Assembly (NCBI GenBank): GCA_964016885.1
Contig: OZ024751.1
Coordinates: forward strand, 18,414,001 to 18,478,000
Direction of reading: 5' to 3'
DNA: 64,000 nt
From: Eledone cirrhosa
Lineage: Eukaryota
Part shown: positions 1 to 15,432 of the stretch, piece by piece
How the letters are laid out: every line of letters starts with the position of its first letter
Position numbering within the stretch: position 1 is the first letter of the stretch
Program-made: the position numbers and the translations under genes
Notes under the pieces: model-generated
Told to the model about the DNA's origin: nothing
The model's input: the letters and a program-made list of their open reading frames with translations, nothing else
The model's database searches: none

Positions 1-36
<36 letters not shown>

Positions 37-351
37 ATAGATTTATTGTTCGTTTTTTTTCTACAACTTCTTCAAAAGAGATCATCATCGTTAATATTAT
101 TGTTTTGTTATTGGTGAGCTAACGATGAGTGCGACGCCTGGATTTCCAGAAAGAGAGGAAAAAAACTGAAGAGTTAGTCACGGAAGATAACTCTGACAAC
201 AACTAACAAATACAATACCCAAACAGATATCTAACAATAAACAAATATGTAAAGCATACATAAATAAAGATATATGAATAAAACTCAAGAATTTAATATA
301 AAAAAATATGAACAAATATAACGGGGAAATATGGTGCTAATAAAAATAATA

Positions 352-392
352 AAATTTGGTTTCATTTATTGGCCACAGGGGCCGACATGCTG
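352..392 (-). mobile_element. Very short 3' end of a Tx1-like LINE in (ATT)n
   Basis: Minus strand CCCCTGTGGCCAATAAATGAAA matches the terminal motif of the Tx1 copies at 17560, 61800 and 62740. Confidence 0.5.
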
Positions 393-423
393 ATAATAAT
401 AATGATAATGATAATAATTATTA

Positions 424-507
424 TTTCTACTTTTGGCACAAGGCCAGCAATTATCCCAGTGCATTACTGGTACTTTATTTTATCGACCCCGTAAGGATGA
501 AAGGCAA
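424..507 (-). mobile_element. Partial tRNA-derived SINE (3' half)
   Basis: Matches the SINE body ttgcctttcatccttacggggtcgataaaataaagtaccag. Confidence 0.85.
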
Positions 508-540
508 AGATAATGATAATAATAATAACAACAATAATAA

Positions 541-967
541 GACGGACAAGAAACTGGAACACAATAGACCTGACCTGGTGGTTTTGGACAAGGAAAAAAG
601 ATCGTGCCTGATTGTGGATGTAGCCTGCCCATTCGACACGAGAGTGCAAGAGAAGGAGAGGGAGAAAATTAACCGATACCAGGACTTAAAGTGGGATGTA
701 AAAAAGGATTTGGAACTGCCATGAAGTCAAAGTGGTCCCGATTGTCATGGGTGCACTAGGGACTATCTCAAAAAGTTTCCAGGGATGGTTAAAGAAAATT
801 GGCCCCGCCAAGCTTTTTGGAACGCTTCAAAAGGCATGCTTGCTGGGAACAGCAAGAACCCTCCGATACGTCCTGAATATCTGAGGCTGCAGGTAGTGGC
901 TTGATATTCATTTCAACAAACTTTCCAGTTAACTAACATCAATGACTGAGAGTCAAAGAACAACAAT
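541..967 (+). mobile_element. 3' fragment of R4/Dong-like RLE non-LTR retrotransposon (frameshifted) inserted in (TAA)n
   Basis: Encodes NRPDLVVLD..CLIVDVACP..EKINRYQDL (PD..D/ExK endonuclease). After a frameshift near 700-706 it reads VVPIVMGALG..LQKACLLGTARTLRYVLNI*, stop at 882-884. It starts right after an AATAAT tract. Confidence 0.85.
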
Positions 968-1038
968 AGAGCAGAACAATGATTATGAATACGTGGAGAG
1001 ACAGGGAGTATGAGAGAGAGACACACATTCATATATGA

Positions 1039-1071
<33 letters not shown>

Positions 1072-1084
1072 GGCAAACAATTGC

Positions 1085-1122
<38 letters not shown>

Positions 1123-1219
1123 ATGTGTGTAGATATATATATATATATGTATATGTATGTATATGTAAATATATATATATATATATATATATGTATATGT
1201 ATGTATATGTATATGTATG

Positions 1220-1253
<34 letters not shown>

Positions 1254-1407
1254 TATATGTATGTATACGTATATGTATGTATATATGTATGTATCCATAT
1301 ATATATATATGAATGTATGTCTATGTATATATATATATATACATGTAGATGTATATATATGTATATATATGTATATATATATGTAGATGTATATATATGT
1401 ATGTATG

Positions 1408-1472
<65 letters not shown>

Positions 1473-1548
1473 GATGAATGTATGCATATGTATATATATA
1501 TATGTATATATATGTATGTATGTATATGTATATATATATACGTATATA

Positions 1549-1590
<42 letters not shown>

Positions 1591-1592
1591 CA

Positions 1593-1688
1593 CAGGATGT
1601 CCCAAAAAATTTGACATCATTGAGCTAGACTTAGTAGTTTTCGCGATATTTGCTTTTAAAATGATGTCAATTTTTTTGGGACACCCTG
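1593..1688. mobile_element. Tc1/mariner-type MITE
   Basis: Symmetric terminal inverted repeats CAGG(A/G)TGTCCCAAAAAA..TTGACATCATT of about 29 bp, in TA context. Confidence 0.7.
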
Positions 1689-1738
1689 TATATATATATG
1701 TATCTGTATATATATATGTATCTGTATATATATATGTG

Positions 1739-1787
<49 letters not shown>

Positions 1788-1825
1788 GTATATATATATG
1801 TATGTATGTATATGTATATATATGT

Positions 1826-1867
<42 letters not shown>

Positions 1868-1922
1868 ATGTATATATGTATATATGTATATATGTATATA
1901 TGTATGTATGTATATATATATA

Positions 1923-1978
<56 letters not shown>

Positions 1979-1979
1979 T

Positions 1980-2073
<94 letters not shown>

Positions 2074-2455
2074 TATGTATGTGTGTCTGTGGATGTATGT
2101 ATGTGTATAGTTATAAATGCATACATGCATGCAGGCATAGATAGATAGATGGGTAGATGCACACATATATACATACATATAAACATACATACTTACAAAC
2201 ATTCATACATACATGCACACATACATACATAGAACATTAGATGGAATGCTATTCAAAATGTCAGAGTCAAAAGAAACGAATGTAGAGGTGCGTGTTTCAA
2301 GTAATGTGGAGAGGGTAAAAATGAAGTGACGAAGAAAGATATTCTTTCTAAAATTTAATCGACCGGATATGAGGATAATATATGAAAATAAATATAAATA
2401 TAATTGAATTGAAATGAAATGATTGTAACGAAAATAATAATAATAATTATTATTA

Positions 2456-3495
2456 TTTCTACTTTAGGCACAAGGCCAGCAATTACCCAGTGCATTCCTG
2501 GTACTTTATTTTATCGACTAATAATAATAATTGTTTCTACTTTAGGCACAATGCCAACACTTACCCAGTGCATTACTGGTACTTTATTTTATCGACACCC
2601 GTAAGGATGAAAGGCAAAGTCAACCTCGGTGGGATTTGAACTCAGATCGTAAAGGGACGTAACTATGCTGGAAAGCATGGCATCCGACCCTCTCCCGATT
2701 GGTTTCTAGTATAGGCATAAGCCCAGTAATTTTGTGGAGGGGAAAGTCGATTAAATCGACCCCAGTACGTTACTGGTGCTTTATTTTATCGACCCCGTAA
2801 GGATGAAAGGCAAAGTCAACCTCGGCGGGATTTGAACTCAGATCGTAAAGGGACGTAACTATGCTGGAAAGCATGGCGTCCGACCCTCTACCGATTGGTT
2901 TCTAGTATAGGCATAAGCCCAGTAATTTTGGGGAGGGGAAAGTCGATTAAATCGACCCCAGTACGTTACTGGTGCTTTATTTTATCGACCCCGTAAGGAT
3001 GAAAGGCAAAGTCAACCTCGGCGGGATTTGAACTCAGATCGTAAAGGGACGTAACTATGCTGGAAAGCATGGCGTCCGACCCTCTACCGATTGGTTTCTA
3101 GTATAGGCATAAGCCCAGTAATTTTGGGGAGGGGAAAGTCGATTAAATCGACCCCAGTACGTTACTGGTGCTTTATTTTATCGACCCCGTAAGGATGAAA
3201 GGCAAAGTCAACCTCGGCGGGATTTGAACTCAGATCGTAAAGGGACGTAACTATGCTGGAAAGCATGGCGTCCGACCCTATACCGATTGGTTTCTAGTAT
3301 AGGCATAAGCCCAGTAATTTTGGGGAGGGGAAAGTAGATTAAATCGACCCCAGTACGTTACTGGTGCTTTATTTTATCGACCCCGTAAGGATGAAAGGCA
3401 AAGTCAACCTCGGCGGGATTTGAACTCAGATCGTAAAGGGACGTAACTATGCTGGAAAGCATGGCGTCAGACCCTCTACCGATACAGCCATCCAC
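2456..3495 (-). repeat. Head-to-tail concatemer of the tRNA-derived SINE, 196-bp period
   Basis: Unit start ggtttctagtatagg at 2701, 2897, 3093 and 3289. The intact SINE head is only at about 3480-3495, with partial copies at 2456-2700. Confidence 0.9.
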
Positions 3496-3702
3496 AATGA
3501 TCGGAGCTTACACAATGTTTAAACAAGTAATTACATTCCTAGTCTTCTTTAGAACATTCATTAAGATACATTGGTTTTTTTCTTCTCTTACTGGTAATCG
3601 GGCAGTGCAGAATACTACCCTTTCATATTTATAATTATATATAACTTATATATAAGTATAAATAATATTAGCATATATATATATATATTAGCATATATAT
3701 TA

Positions 3703-3771
<69 letters not shown>

Positions 3772-3775
3772 CATA

Positions 3776-3852
<77 letters not shown>

Positions 3853-4817
3853 TGTATATGCATAGATGTCTGTCAGTACGTATTTATATGCACTTATCTG
3901 CATGTGTATATACATGTATATATATCGCCAAAGAATGAATGCCAGAAACGTTTACAAAAGTCAAAAACATCTGTATATTTCCCTCGTCAGCCACCAGCTG
4001 GTGTGCAATTTCGAATATTATGGTGTGATTGCACGTTAACAGAAGATATCTGCTCTGTTGGTTGATAAAATGAATGGGCGACAATATCACAACAAAGAAG
4101 GAACAGGAAAATATTACGACTAGTAACTGAATTAATAAAAAAAAAGACTCTGCAACACGTTAATGCTGGCAAATTGGAAAACTTCAGACTTTCGTCAAAG
4201 TACTTTCTTTGATGGGTTCTAACACAAATGTTTCTGCTGCCTTACGAACCCAAGTCTCGAAAGAAAGAGAGATGGGTGAAAGAAAGGGGATTGGAGGGAG
4301 ACGAGGGTGCCAGAGAAGAATGAAGAAGGTGGATGAGGGGAGACATCGGAAGAGGAAGAAAGAGAGAGAAATATAAAGGGTGAAAGAGCCAGAGAATAAA
4401 TATATCTCGATGAAAGTTTGAAAGTTTGAAATTTATTTGCTTTATTATTTAAAAAAAGTCACTATTTTATATAAAGCACGAAATACACGACGAATAAGTC
4501 GGCTAAATAATCTTTTAATGTAGGAAGAAAACAAGGAGAGATCCCGTCTGGAATTAATCTGAGCATCTACCGTTCTTTTAGATGGGTGCAATAAATATTT
4601 CTAGTAGTGTGGAATATGATGTTATTGATAGCGATTAGCAACAATTGAGGAAATTGTTCAAATTGAAGAATTTCTACACCCACGCCATTTTTTCTTCGTT
4701 CAATTCTTTCTGAAACTTTATAAAATATATCCCTAAATGGCTAACATGTCTTTAGTGTGAAATCCTTTCATAAATCTATCTCAGTCACCTATTCATTCAC
4801 TCACTCTGTCACTTAAC

Positions 4818-4852
<35 letters not shown>

Positions 4853-5004
4853 CCTCTTTCACGATTTCATTCAGTTTCACCCTACCACTATTAAACTCGC
4901 TTAGGTCTCTAGCTGAGAACGTGCAGTTATTTGCATATAAAGCAACCATATAAAGCAACCTCTGCCAGTACGTGTGTCTGCCTCTGTGTGTGTATGTTAG
5001 TATA

Positions 5005-5039
<35 letters not shown>

Positions 5040-5076
5040 TGTATACATATATATATATATATGTATGTCTGTGTGT

Positions 5077-5141
<65 letters not shown>

Positions 5142-5154
5142 TTCTATACCTTTC

Positions 5155-5232
<78 letters not shown>

Positions 5233-5366
5233 ATACATATACATACATATATGCACATATGTATGTGTTTCTATGTATATATGAGTGTGTGCCAGAATCT
5301 AAATGTGCGTGCAAGTTATGTAAAGTTTTATGCTGTGTCAAGTGAGAGGTTTCAAGAATATTTGCT

Positions 5367-5555
<189 letters not shown>

Positions 5556-5980
5556 TATATATATATTCATTTTATTTGCTTATTTAGTTGTTTCTTTGTT
5601 TGTTGTTGTTTTCGTGTTTGTGTAAATTATTATGTTTATATTTTTTTCATCCAATCAGGCTTCCTATTGACTCTTTTATGATACGATAATTTCTCACGCT
5701 AAGCTACCATCTGTAACTGAATAGGGGTGTAAATAGTACTGAATGAAGATGCGTCATCTTCCTCTATGAGAATGATTTAATGCTATCTGTGAGAGACGAG
5801 AACATTCTTCATTCTTATAACAGCAGTCAGTAGTTTTGTTTTTTTTTTCTTTTTTTTTTTACAAAATGGAAGAAGTTTCTCTTTGGTTGGAATGGGGAAG
5901 AAGGATAAACGCTGAGAAGAAATGCAAAAGTCAAAATATTAAGATTATTTTAGAGAGTAAGATATATACACAAACACACA

Positions 5981-6028
<48 letters not shown>

Positions 6029-6507
6029 AACATATATATGTATATATACATATACATAAACATATATATATATATATATATGTATATATGTACATATATA
6101 TATATATACATATATATATAAACATATATATATTTATGTATTTATATAAACATATTTATATAAACATATATATGTATATATATATATACATATATATATA
6201 ACCATCTATATTTGTGTATATATATATATACATATATATGTTTATGTATATATATAGAGAGATATAGATATAGATACATACATACTTGCATCTATCTATA
6301 TATATATATATAGAGATATAGATATAGATATAGATATATACATACATGCATATATGTATACATATATATATGTTTATATATATACATATATATATATATA
6401 TGCATATATACATATATATGTATATATATGCATATATATATATATATATGCATATATACATATATATATATATATATATATGCATATATACATATATATA
6501 TATATGC

Positions 6508-6614
<107 letters not shown>

Positions 6615-8340
6615 ATGTATATGTATGTGTGTGTGTGTGTACAGTGCGTGGAGTGTCATTTTAAAACATATTATGATTGCAGATAATTCAAAAGAATTTT
6701 ATTTCGTCAATTTCTTTTTCTCTTTTTGTTAACAGAAAATCCTAATAATTCACCAACCAACACAGAAACAGTTGCAACAAAACACTTGTGAAAGGCAAAA
6801 AAGAAAACATATTTAGTTCAAAGAAATAATATAACGTCTTAGATTGATGTTCCATTCTGAACTAAATGTTCAAGCTAAATTGCAGCCATTAAGAAACTAA
6901 CTGTGTTAAATATTTTGTTGCTGTTGTTGTTTCTATACACTGAGCAAGCAATTGTTTCCATAAACTGAGTAACGAAACCCGTTTTCAGAAATATGTATAT
7001 TTCCTATCTATAGGAAAGAATAGTTGTACTCTCTATTACTAAACCTCTCTTTAGTGGAAGATCTGGTTATTGTATCTAGCAAATCGATTGGTCCCCAAGA
7101 GAGATTTGGTTCATGTTCGTTCCTTGTAGTAGTAGGTGTATACAGTAGACATAACTTGGTTGAATGATTAAGAAGATCGCTTCGCAATCATAAGATTTAC
7201 GGAGCGGTGTCCTGTATAGCATCTTCAAAAATGTCATTTACTATAGCCTTGCTGTGAACAAAACTAAAGTGGATTAAAGTGAGTAAACGAAAGCTGTCTT
7301 GAAGCCCATCATAATTTAAAAAACAAAACAGCCTGGTTATATATTGTCCCACACTTCTAAGGGACCATGTGCCTGTAGGATGCTCTACCACATTTTCGGT
7401 AATTTCATGATCAGCTCGTTCTGTTTTCCGAACAACTGAATCATTCGTTGCCAAAACCCATTTATAAAATTTTAACTGTTTTCCTATCTCTAACGATTCT
7501 CCGAGGGCAGTGGATTGTCCGTATCGGTGCAAAGTCGAACAATCTGCTTTGTGACATATACTCATATAGTTGCCATTTACATTTTGAGTATAAATCCCGC
7601 AGAGGTAAGCTTTGCTTTTCACCTTATGGGGACGATAATTTAAAGAACCAGTAACGAACAAGGGTTGTTTTAATCGAAATTCTCCTCCCCTTTAAACTGC
7701 TGGCCTTTTGCCAAAAGTAGAAATAATCATTACTATCTACTGTGTAGATATTAATTAAATGTCTGTTTTATCACAAGTTATCTAAATCCCTAACATAAAT
7801 TTGATATTAACGTTGTATTTCAAAGGCTTCATAAGTTTTCTGGTTTAAAACATGTTTGTACTAAAAATTTGTAAGTCACTTTTTAATACATTAAAACATT
7901 AAAACAGTTACAAAATGAAGATAAAATACTTAAATATTTTATATAGGTCTTTGTCATAAAAAAGGATTTTCACAGAATTCCGACGACTAAATGTCTAAGA
8001 AAGAAAAGGATTTCATTTCTTTCAACATTAATAACGTTTAAATTCCACTGTTATTATTTCTTAGTTATCAGATTTGAGTGTTAATTCAAATTTAATGTTG
8101 GTATTGGCTGCTCGAAGCAAAACGAGACAATGATTTTACGTTCTGTCGTTGAATAAGAAAAAATATATATATCGAAAGTGTGTTACATTAGGAACCATTA
8201 GAGATTTTCCCATCATCATCATCATCTTCATCTTCATTACCACTATGATATGAATTATGCACATTATCAATATCAACGCCATTTTTATTTTGGTGGGTAT
8301 TGTGATCAAAATCGTTAACGCTTTCATCCAGCTATTCTTT

Positions 8341-8385
<45 letters not shown>

Positions 8386-8387
<2 letters not shown>

Positions 8388-9626
8388 AAGGCGGGTAAAA
8401 TTCCCGAGATCCATGGACGAGTTCTCTCCAGCGGTCCCTCATTATCGCTGCCATGTCCTGCATCTCCAACAGACCAGTGTCTGTCCTTAGGGCATCAACA
8501 TACGTTAACCTTGGTCTTCCTCTTCTAGTGTGTCCATGTAGGGGCTCCCAAAGGAGCACTGAGTGCAATGTCAACTCTGGATGTCGGTGAGCATTTCCAG
8601 CCAACCTCAGTCTCCTCTGTGTCACTTTTGAGCTGACTTTTGGGAGGATCCCATACAGCTCTGAGTTTTTCATCCTCAGTGTATACTGATTAATGTTCAG
8701 AGCCATCCTCAGCATTCTCGTGTAGCACCCATCCACCATCTGAGTGAGTTTCTTGGTCAGTGTCCAAGTCTCAGACCCGTACAGCAGCACAGACTCCACT
8801 ACAGCAATGAAGAGGCGGATTTTCAGGTCTCTACGAATGTCCGACTTCCACACCGATCTCAAGCTGTGGCACGCCGCCCAGGCCTTGCTCTTCCTCTCAA
8901 CCACATCATCTTCCGTATTCCCAATCCTTGCTCCCAAATACAGGAAGTCCTCAACCAATTCCAGCGGCTTCCCGCCTACATTAGTGATCCCCTTTGGCTT
9001 CTCAACATTCTCTACCAGATATTTTGTTTTAGTCTCATTTATTCTCAGCCCCACACTCATCGACACAGTCTCAACCTCCCGCATCAAATCCGCTGCCTCC
9101 TTCACGGTATTTGTCACCAAAACTATGTCGTCGGCAAATTCAGCATCCGATACCTTTTTCGCCCTAACTCTCCTGCTCTGAGCCGGTGCTACAGTAAAGC
9201 CAGAGTCCTGGTGTTTCTCCAGTGCAAGGCGCATACAATAATCCACTACAATGATAAAAAGGTAGGGAGCCAATGTATCTCCCTGGAGCACTCCAGCCAG
9301 TATCTCAAAGAACTCTGTCATCCCATCAGGTGTAATGACTTGGGCTTTGGTATTGGTGTAGAGCAGTGATATCAGGTCCACTATCTTCTTGGGAATTCCA
9401 TAAGCCTGTAAGATCTTCATCAGGCAGTAACGGTCCACAGAATCAAAGGCCTTCCTAAATTCAATGAAAACCATGACCGCAGGAAGGCACTTTTCTCTAG
9501 CTCCCTCTAATATCCTCCTCAGCATCAGGATGTGACTGGTGGTTGATCTACCCGCTCTGAAGCCGTTCTGGTTGTCCCTGAGCTTCTTCTCCATCTCAGG
9601 CTGGATCCTGTTAAGAATCATCCTGT
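8386..9626 (-). mobile_element. 5'-truncated RTE-clade LINE (RT and C-terminus) in (TA)n
   Basis: Motifs QNGFRAGRST, FIEFRKAFD (motif A Asp changed to Glu), GVLQGDTLAP, FADD, FLYLG, LLYGSETW, RRLRLAG, RGRP. TA repeats on both sides. Confidence 0.92.
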
Positions 9627-9636
9627 ATATATATAT

Positions 9637-9707
<71 letters not shown>

Positions 9708-9905
9708 TATATATATATATATAAAGGGTCCCCATAAAATATAATTATAATAAAAGTGTGTATATATTTATAATAAAAGTGTGTATATATATATATGCGT
9801 GATTTTCTCTGTTTTTGCCGGCGTGTATTTGTGTGTGAGTGTTTGTGTATTTGTGCCTGCGCGTGTGTTTTTGTGTGCGTGTGTGCATTGTGTGTGTATA
9901 TCTCT

Positions 9906-9937
<32 letters not shown>

Positions 9938-10304
9938 TTGTGTGCGTGTGAGCAGTGTGTATGTATATCTCTCTGTTTGTGTCTGTCTGTGTGTGTGATT
10001 GTCTGTGTGTGTGTGCGTGTAGAATTCTGTATAATATAGTGTTACTCTTAACTAATATTTTCTTATCAGCATGTCGTTTATGTTACGTGGTTTAGTTCGT
10101 CACATGATCATTGTGGTAATTCCATGAAGTACAGTTGAGAACGTGTCATACTTGTATGTCCAATGTAATGTAATAAACAGCTGATATGTTGACGTTTACA
10201 GCTTTTACGTTTGCAGCCAGATCTGAAAATCTTATTGTTCATTAGTATTAACCTTTTCGCAGTCATTGTTTTATTAAGAATACGTAGGAATATTAATATT
10301 TTTA

Positions 10305-11150
10305 CATTATATCATATTTTAATATATTATATTATATTATATTATATTATATTATATTATATTATATTATATATTATATTATATATTACATTATATTATA
10401 TATTATATTATATATTATATATTATATTATATAAGGGCGGTGGATTGGCAGTATCGGTAGAGGGTCGGACGCCATGCTTTCCAGCATAGTTACGTCCCTT
10501 TACGATCTGAGTTCAAATCCCGCCGAGGTTGACTTTGCCTTTCATCCTTACGGGGTCGATAAAATAAAGTACCAGTAATGCACTGGGTAATTGCTGGCCT
10601 TGTGCCTAAAGTAGAAAAAAAAATTATATATTATATTATATATTATATATTATATTATATATTATATTATATATTATATTATATATTATATATTATATTA
10701 TATTATATTATATATTATATTATATTGTATTATACTATATTATATATTATATTATATTATATTGTATTATACTATATTATATATTATATTATATTATATT
10801 ATATTATATTATATTATAATATATTATATTATATTATATTATATTATATATTATATTATATTATATTATATTATATTATATTATATATTATATTATATTA
10901 TATATTATATTATTTATTATATATTATATTATATTATATTATATTATATTGTATTATACTATATTATATATTATATTATATTATATTGTATTATACTATA
11001 TTATATTATATTATATTATATTATATTATATTATATTATACTATTTGCCTTTCATGATTACGGGGTCGATAAAATAAAGTACCAGTAATGCACTGGGGTA
11101 ATTGCTGGCCTTGTGCCAAAAGTAGAAACAATTATATTATATTAAATTAA
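10305..11150. repeat. (TATAT)n pentanucleotide array interrupted by SINEs
   Basis: Directly visible; a second array lies at about 11755-12150. Confidence 0.9.
10434..10615 (+). mobile_element. Full-length tRNA-derived SINE (short subfamily, Meta-domain-like body)
   Basis: A box TGGCAGTATCGG, B box GAGTTCAAATCC, 5' GGCGG pairs with CCGCC, body GCCTTTCATCCTTACGGGGTCGATAAAATAAAGTACCAG. Confidence 0.9.
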
Positions 11151-12481
11151 ATTATACTAGCAGAAAAATCACCCGAAATTTGGTTTTCTGCTAGCATGTG
11201 TAGTGTGTATATTGATATTATACGCAGGTATATATACATGTAGATATGATACATCAAATAAAATCGTAATTGACAATATATAATACATAGAAATTGAACG
11301 TAGACTTATGTAATCAGTAACGTAGTCCATGATACATTAAAAGAGACGATATTATATATAAACTGTATTAGGAGAAATTTAGTGACAGAAAATTAATATG
11401 TTTATTTAAGCGATCACCACCGGAAGTGTTGACATTTCAGAAATGTTCAAGAAGGTAATCTTTAAATAAACAAAATATATTTAATGAACAGCCACGAAAT
11501 TTAGTAGATAAATTATGTAATATTCATTCATTATTTATTCAAAGCAATCTGAGTTCAAATCCCGCCGAGGTTGACTTTGCCTTTCATCCTTACGGGGTCG
11601 ATAAAATAAAGTACCAGTAATGCACTGGGTAATTGCTGGCCTTGTGCCTAAAATAGAAACAATTGTTTATTCAAAGCAATCCAACTTATTTTACAAACGG
11701 GGTAAAAAAAATAAATAAACCGTACGCAATCCCGCAGACCTTCCTTTATTATAGTTTATATTATATTATATTATATTATATTATATTACATTACATTATA
11801 TTATATTATATTATATTATATTATATTACATTATAGTTACGGCCCATGACATTCTGATTTCAAATCCCGCCGAGGTTAACTTTGCCTTTCATCCTTACGG
11901 GGTCGATAAAATAAAGTACCAGTAATGTACTGGATAATTGCTGGCCTTGTGCCAAAAAGTAGAAACAATTACATTACATTACATTACATTATATTATATT
12001 ATATTATATTACATTATATTATATTATATTATATTATATAACATTATATTATATTATATGACATTATATTATATTATATTAAATTACATTACATTACATT
12101 ACATTATATTATATAACATTATATTATATTATATTATATTATATTATATTATTGCGGTATGTTATGATTAGTTGTAATGCACATTGTTTTCAGAATTGCT
12201 GTGCTCTTTTTATAACGTATTCCTCTATTCTATATATGGTGTGCACTCGATTCTTCTAGTACGATTTATGTGTAGCTTGTTTATTACTTATCAATATAGT
12301 CTCTGATATATATACTGCGATAAATACTCTATGGTAAATTATCTACAGTGCATAGAGATATTATTGTAACTACTACTGGTATAGCTTGGGTTGTGGTAGT
12401 TGTTATTGTTGTTGTCATTTTTGGTGTTGTTTTTATTGTTCTTTTTAATATTATTATGATTGTTGATGTTGTTGTTATTGC

Positions 12482-12533
<52 letters not shown>

Positions 12534-12831
12534 CTTCTTCTTCTTCTTCTTCTTCTTCTTCTTCTTCTTCTTCTTCTTCTTCTTCTTCTTCTTCTTCTTC
12601 TTCTTCTTCTTCTTCTTCTTTTGCTTCTTCTTCTCCTATTGTAGTTGTTATTGTTGGCTTTAGTGTTATTATTACTCTTATTATGATTATGGTTATTGTT
12701 GTTATTTTCATTATTATTGTTGTTGTTTATGTTATTATTATTATTATTACTAGTATTATCGGGGTCGATAAAATAAAGTACCAGTAATGCACTGGGTAAT
12801 TGCTGGCCTTGTGCCTAAAGTAGAAACAATT
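11044..12831 (+). mobile_element. Cluster of 5'-truncated SINE copies (about 11044-11131, 11547-11662, 11835-11970, 12760-12831)
   Basis: Each matches the SINE 3' half. Confidence 0.85.
12480..12633. repeat. Compound (GTT)n(CTT)n microsatellite
   Basis: Directly visible. Confidence 0.95.
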
Positions 12832-13216
12832 ATTTATAGAACTATTATTTTTGTTGAATAATCTGAATTCGTGGAAATAAATGTGATATAGCATACACAT
12901 TACATTAGACAATTCAACATCATCATCATCATCATCATCATCAACAACAACAACAACAACAAAAACAACAACAACTATCTCTACAGAATACACTGAACCT
13001 ATTTGTCTTTGTTTCTCGTATACACGTAATATGGTGTCCTTTAGACTCAGGTTCTTAGCTTTGACGCAGTTATCTAGTATAATATATAATCTCGTATATG
13101 CCAAACCATGTGTATATATATATATATATATACGTGTGTGTGTGTATGTTCTAACAGTGTAATCGGGCCCACCATAAACAGGTGGATACCATTATATATA
13201 TATATATACATATAAT

Positions 13217-13291
<75 letters not shown>

Positions 13292-13312
13292 TATGTATAT
13301 ATATATATATAT

Positions 13313-13641
<329 letters not shown>

Positions 13642-14033
13642 ATAACATTTAGTTATGCACACGGGAGAAACAAAATCCTATACACGGGTGGTGTTATAAT
13701 ATAAGTACGAAGATATACTTTGGTGAAGCGTAGCAAAGTATCAGTTAAAATTTGAAGAATGCGTTTAAACACTACATCCCTGGTATAGCGTCGCAACCTA
13801 GCAATCTTCTCCCCAAACCATTTCCCTGACTTCATTTCTTAACTTTCACACACTGCTTTCATATACTTTCATATAATTACCTATTCTCGAAATATGGGAA
13901 ATTTCCTGATAAGAGACTTCTATCCCAAAAGTCAAAACATCCTTAATTTCCTCCGAGAACTGTATATTTTGGGATCCAAGTGTTTATATTGTTTCATTTA
14001 TTAACGATCTATCTATCTATCTATCTATCTATG

Positions 14034-14080
<47 letters not shown>

Positions 14081-14111
14081 ATATATATATAAATATATAT
14101 ATATATATTAC

Positions 14112-14155
<44 letters not shown>

Positions 14156-14160
<5 letters not shown>

Positions 14161-14598
14161 ATATTAACAAATGGAAACTATATTTATAAAAGCATATTTA
14201 TTTTATTATACATATTTCAAGGGCCAACAAGGCAAATTATGGTGCGCTCTCATCAGATAAAATACAATACAAATTAGTTTTATAATTAAATATTGACATA
14301 CCCTGAAAAAAGACAACCTTAACTATCCAGGAAGCTCCAACCGTTAAAGTTGTCTTTTTTCAGGGTATGTCAATATTTAACTATAAAACTAATCTGTATT
14401 GTATTTTATCTGATGAGAGCGCACCATAATTTGCCTTGGTGGCCCTTGAAATATGTATAATAAAATAAATATGGTTTTATAAATATACTTTCCATTTGTT
14501 AATATATTGTATATTTACTCCACTAACTTGTTGAGTGCTTTATATCAGTTATAAAAATGTTTAAGCTTGTTGAATCCCAACAAATTAAATGTAAACTC

Positions 14599-14602
<4 letters not shown>
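14156..14602 (+). mobile_element. Penelope-like foldback cassette (family A) with a hammerhead in each arm
   Basis: Arms 14156-14323 and 14343-14510, a tail of about 90 bp, TA flanks. Homologues at 54971-55269 and about 26390-26550. Confidence 0.82.
14402..14467 (+). ncRNA. Type I minimal hammerhead ribozyme
   Basis: TATTTTAT-CTGATGA-stem II-GAAA-TATGTA-TA^ATAAAATA. Mirror copy on the minus strand at 14199-14264. Confidence 0.82.
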
Positions 14603-14650
<48 letters not shown>

Positions 14651-14785
14651 TTTCTGTGTGCGTGTGTGTGGTAAAAGATGTATCTAATATGTGAAGGTTC
14701 ACCAAAAGAACCAAAGTTTCCTTAATCAATATATATAGGCACATAAATATGTATCTATCTATCTCCATATCTACATCTCTATTTA

Positions 14786-14827
<42 letters not shown>

Positions 14828-14870
14828 AATATATACACACACACACTTATACATATTCATACATATATTT

Positions 14871-14912
<42 letters not shown>

Positions 14913-14914
14913 AA

Positions 14915-15100
14915 TGTTTCTGCTTTAGGCACAAGGCCTGCAATTACCCAGTGCAATACTGGTACTTTATTTTATCGACCCCGTAAGGATGAAAGGCAAA
15001 GTGAACCTCGGCGGGATTTGAACTCAGATCGTAAAGGGACGTAACTATGGTGGAAAGCATGGCGTCCGACCCTCTACTGATACTGCCAATCCACCGCCCT
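14915..15100 (-). mobile_element. Full-length tRNA-derived SINE
   Basis: Reverse complement of the 10434 copy; abuts a (TA)n run of about 270 bp. Confidence 0.9.
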
Positions 15101-15121
15101 TATATATATATCTATATTCAT

Positions 15122-15432
<311 letters not shown>

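Noticed and set aside
2701-3484. CRISPR-like regular repeat
   Set aside because: Whole units are near-identical with no unique spacers, they are SINE-derived, and there are no cas genes.
9627-9735. N-terminal extension of the 449-aa RT ORF
   Set aside because: It is flanking microsatellite read in frame; the element is 5'-truncated near 9626.
10434-10525. tRNA gene
   Set aside because: The A/B boxes belong to a SINE head with an oversized middle region and a repeated SINE body.
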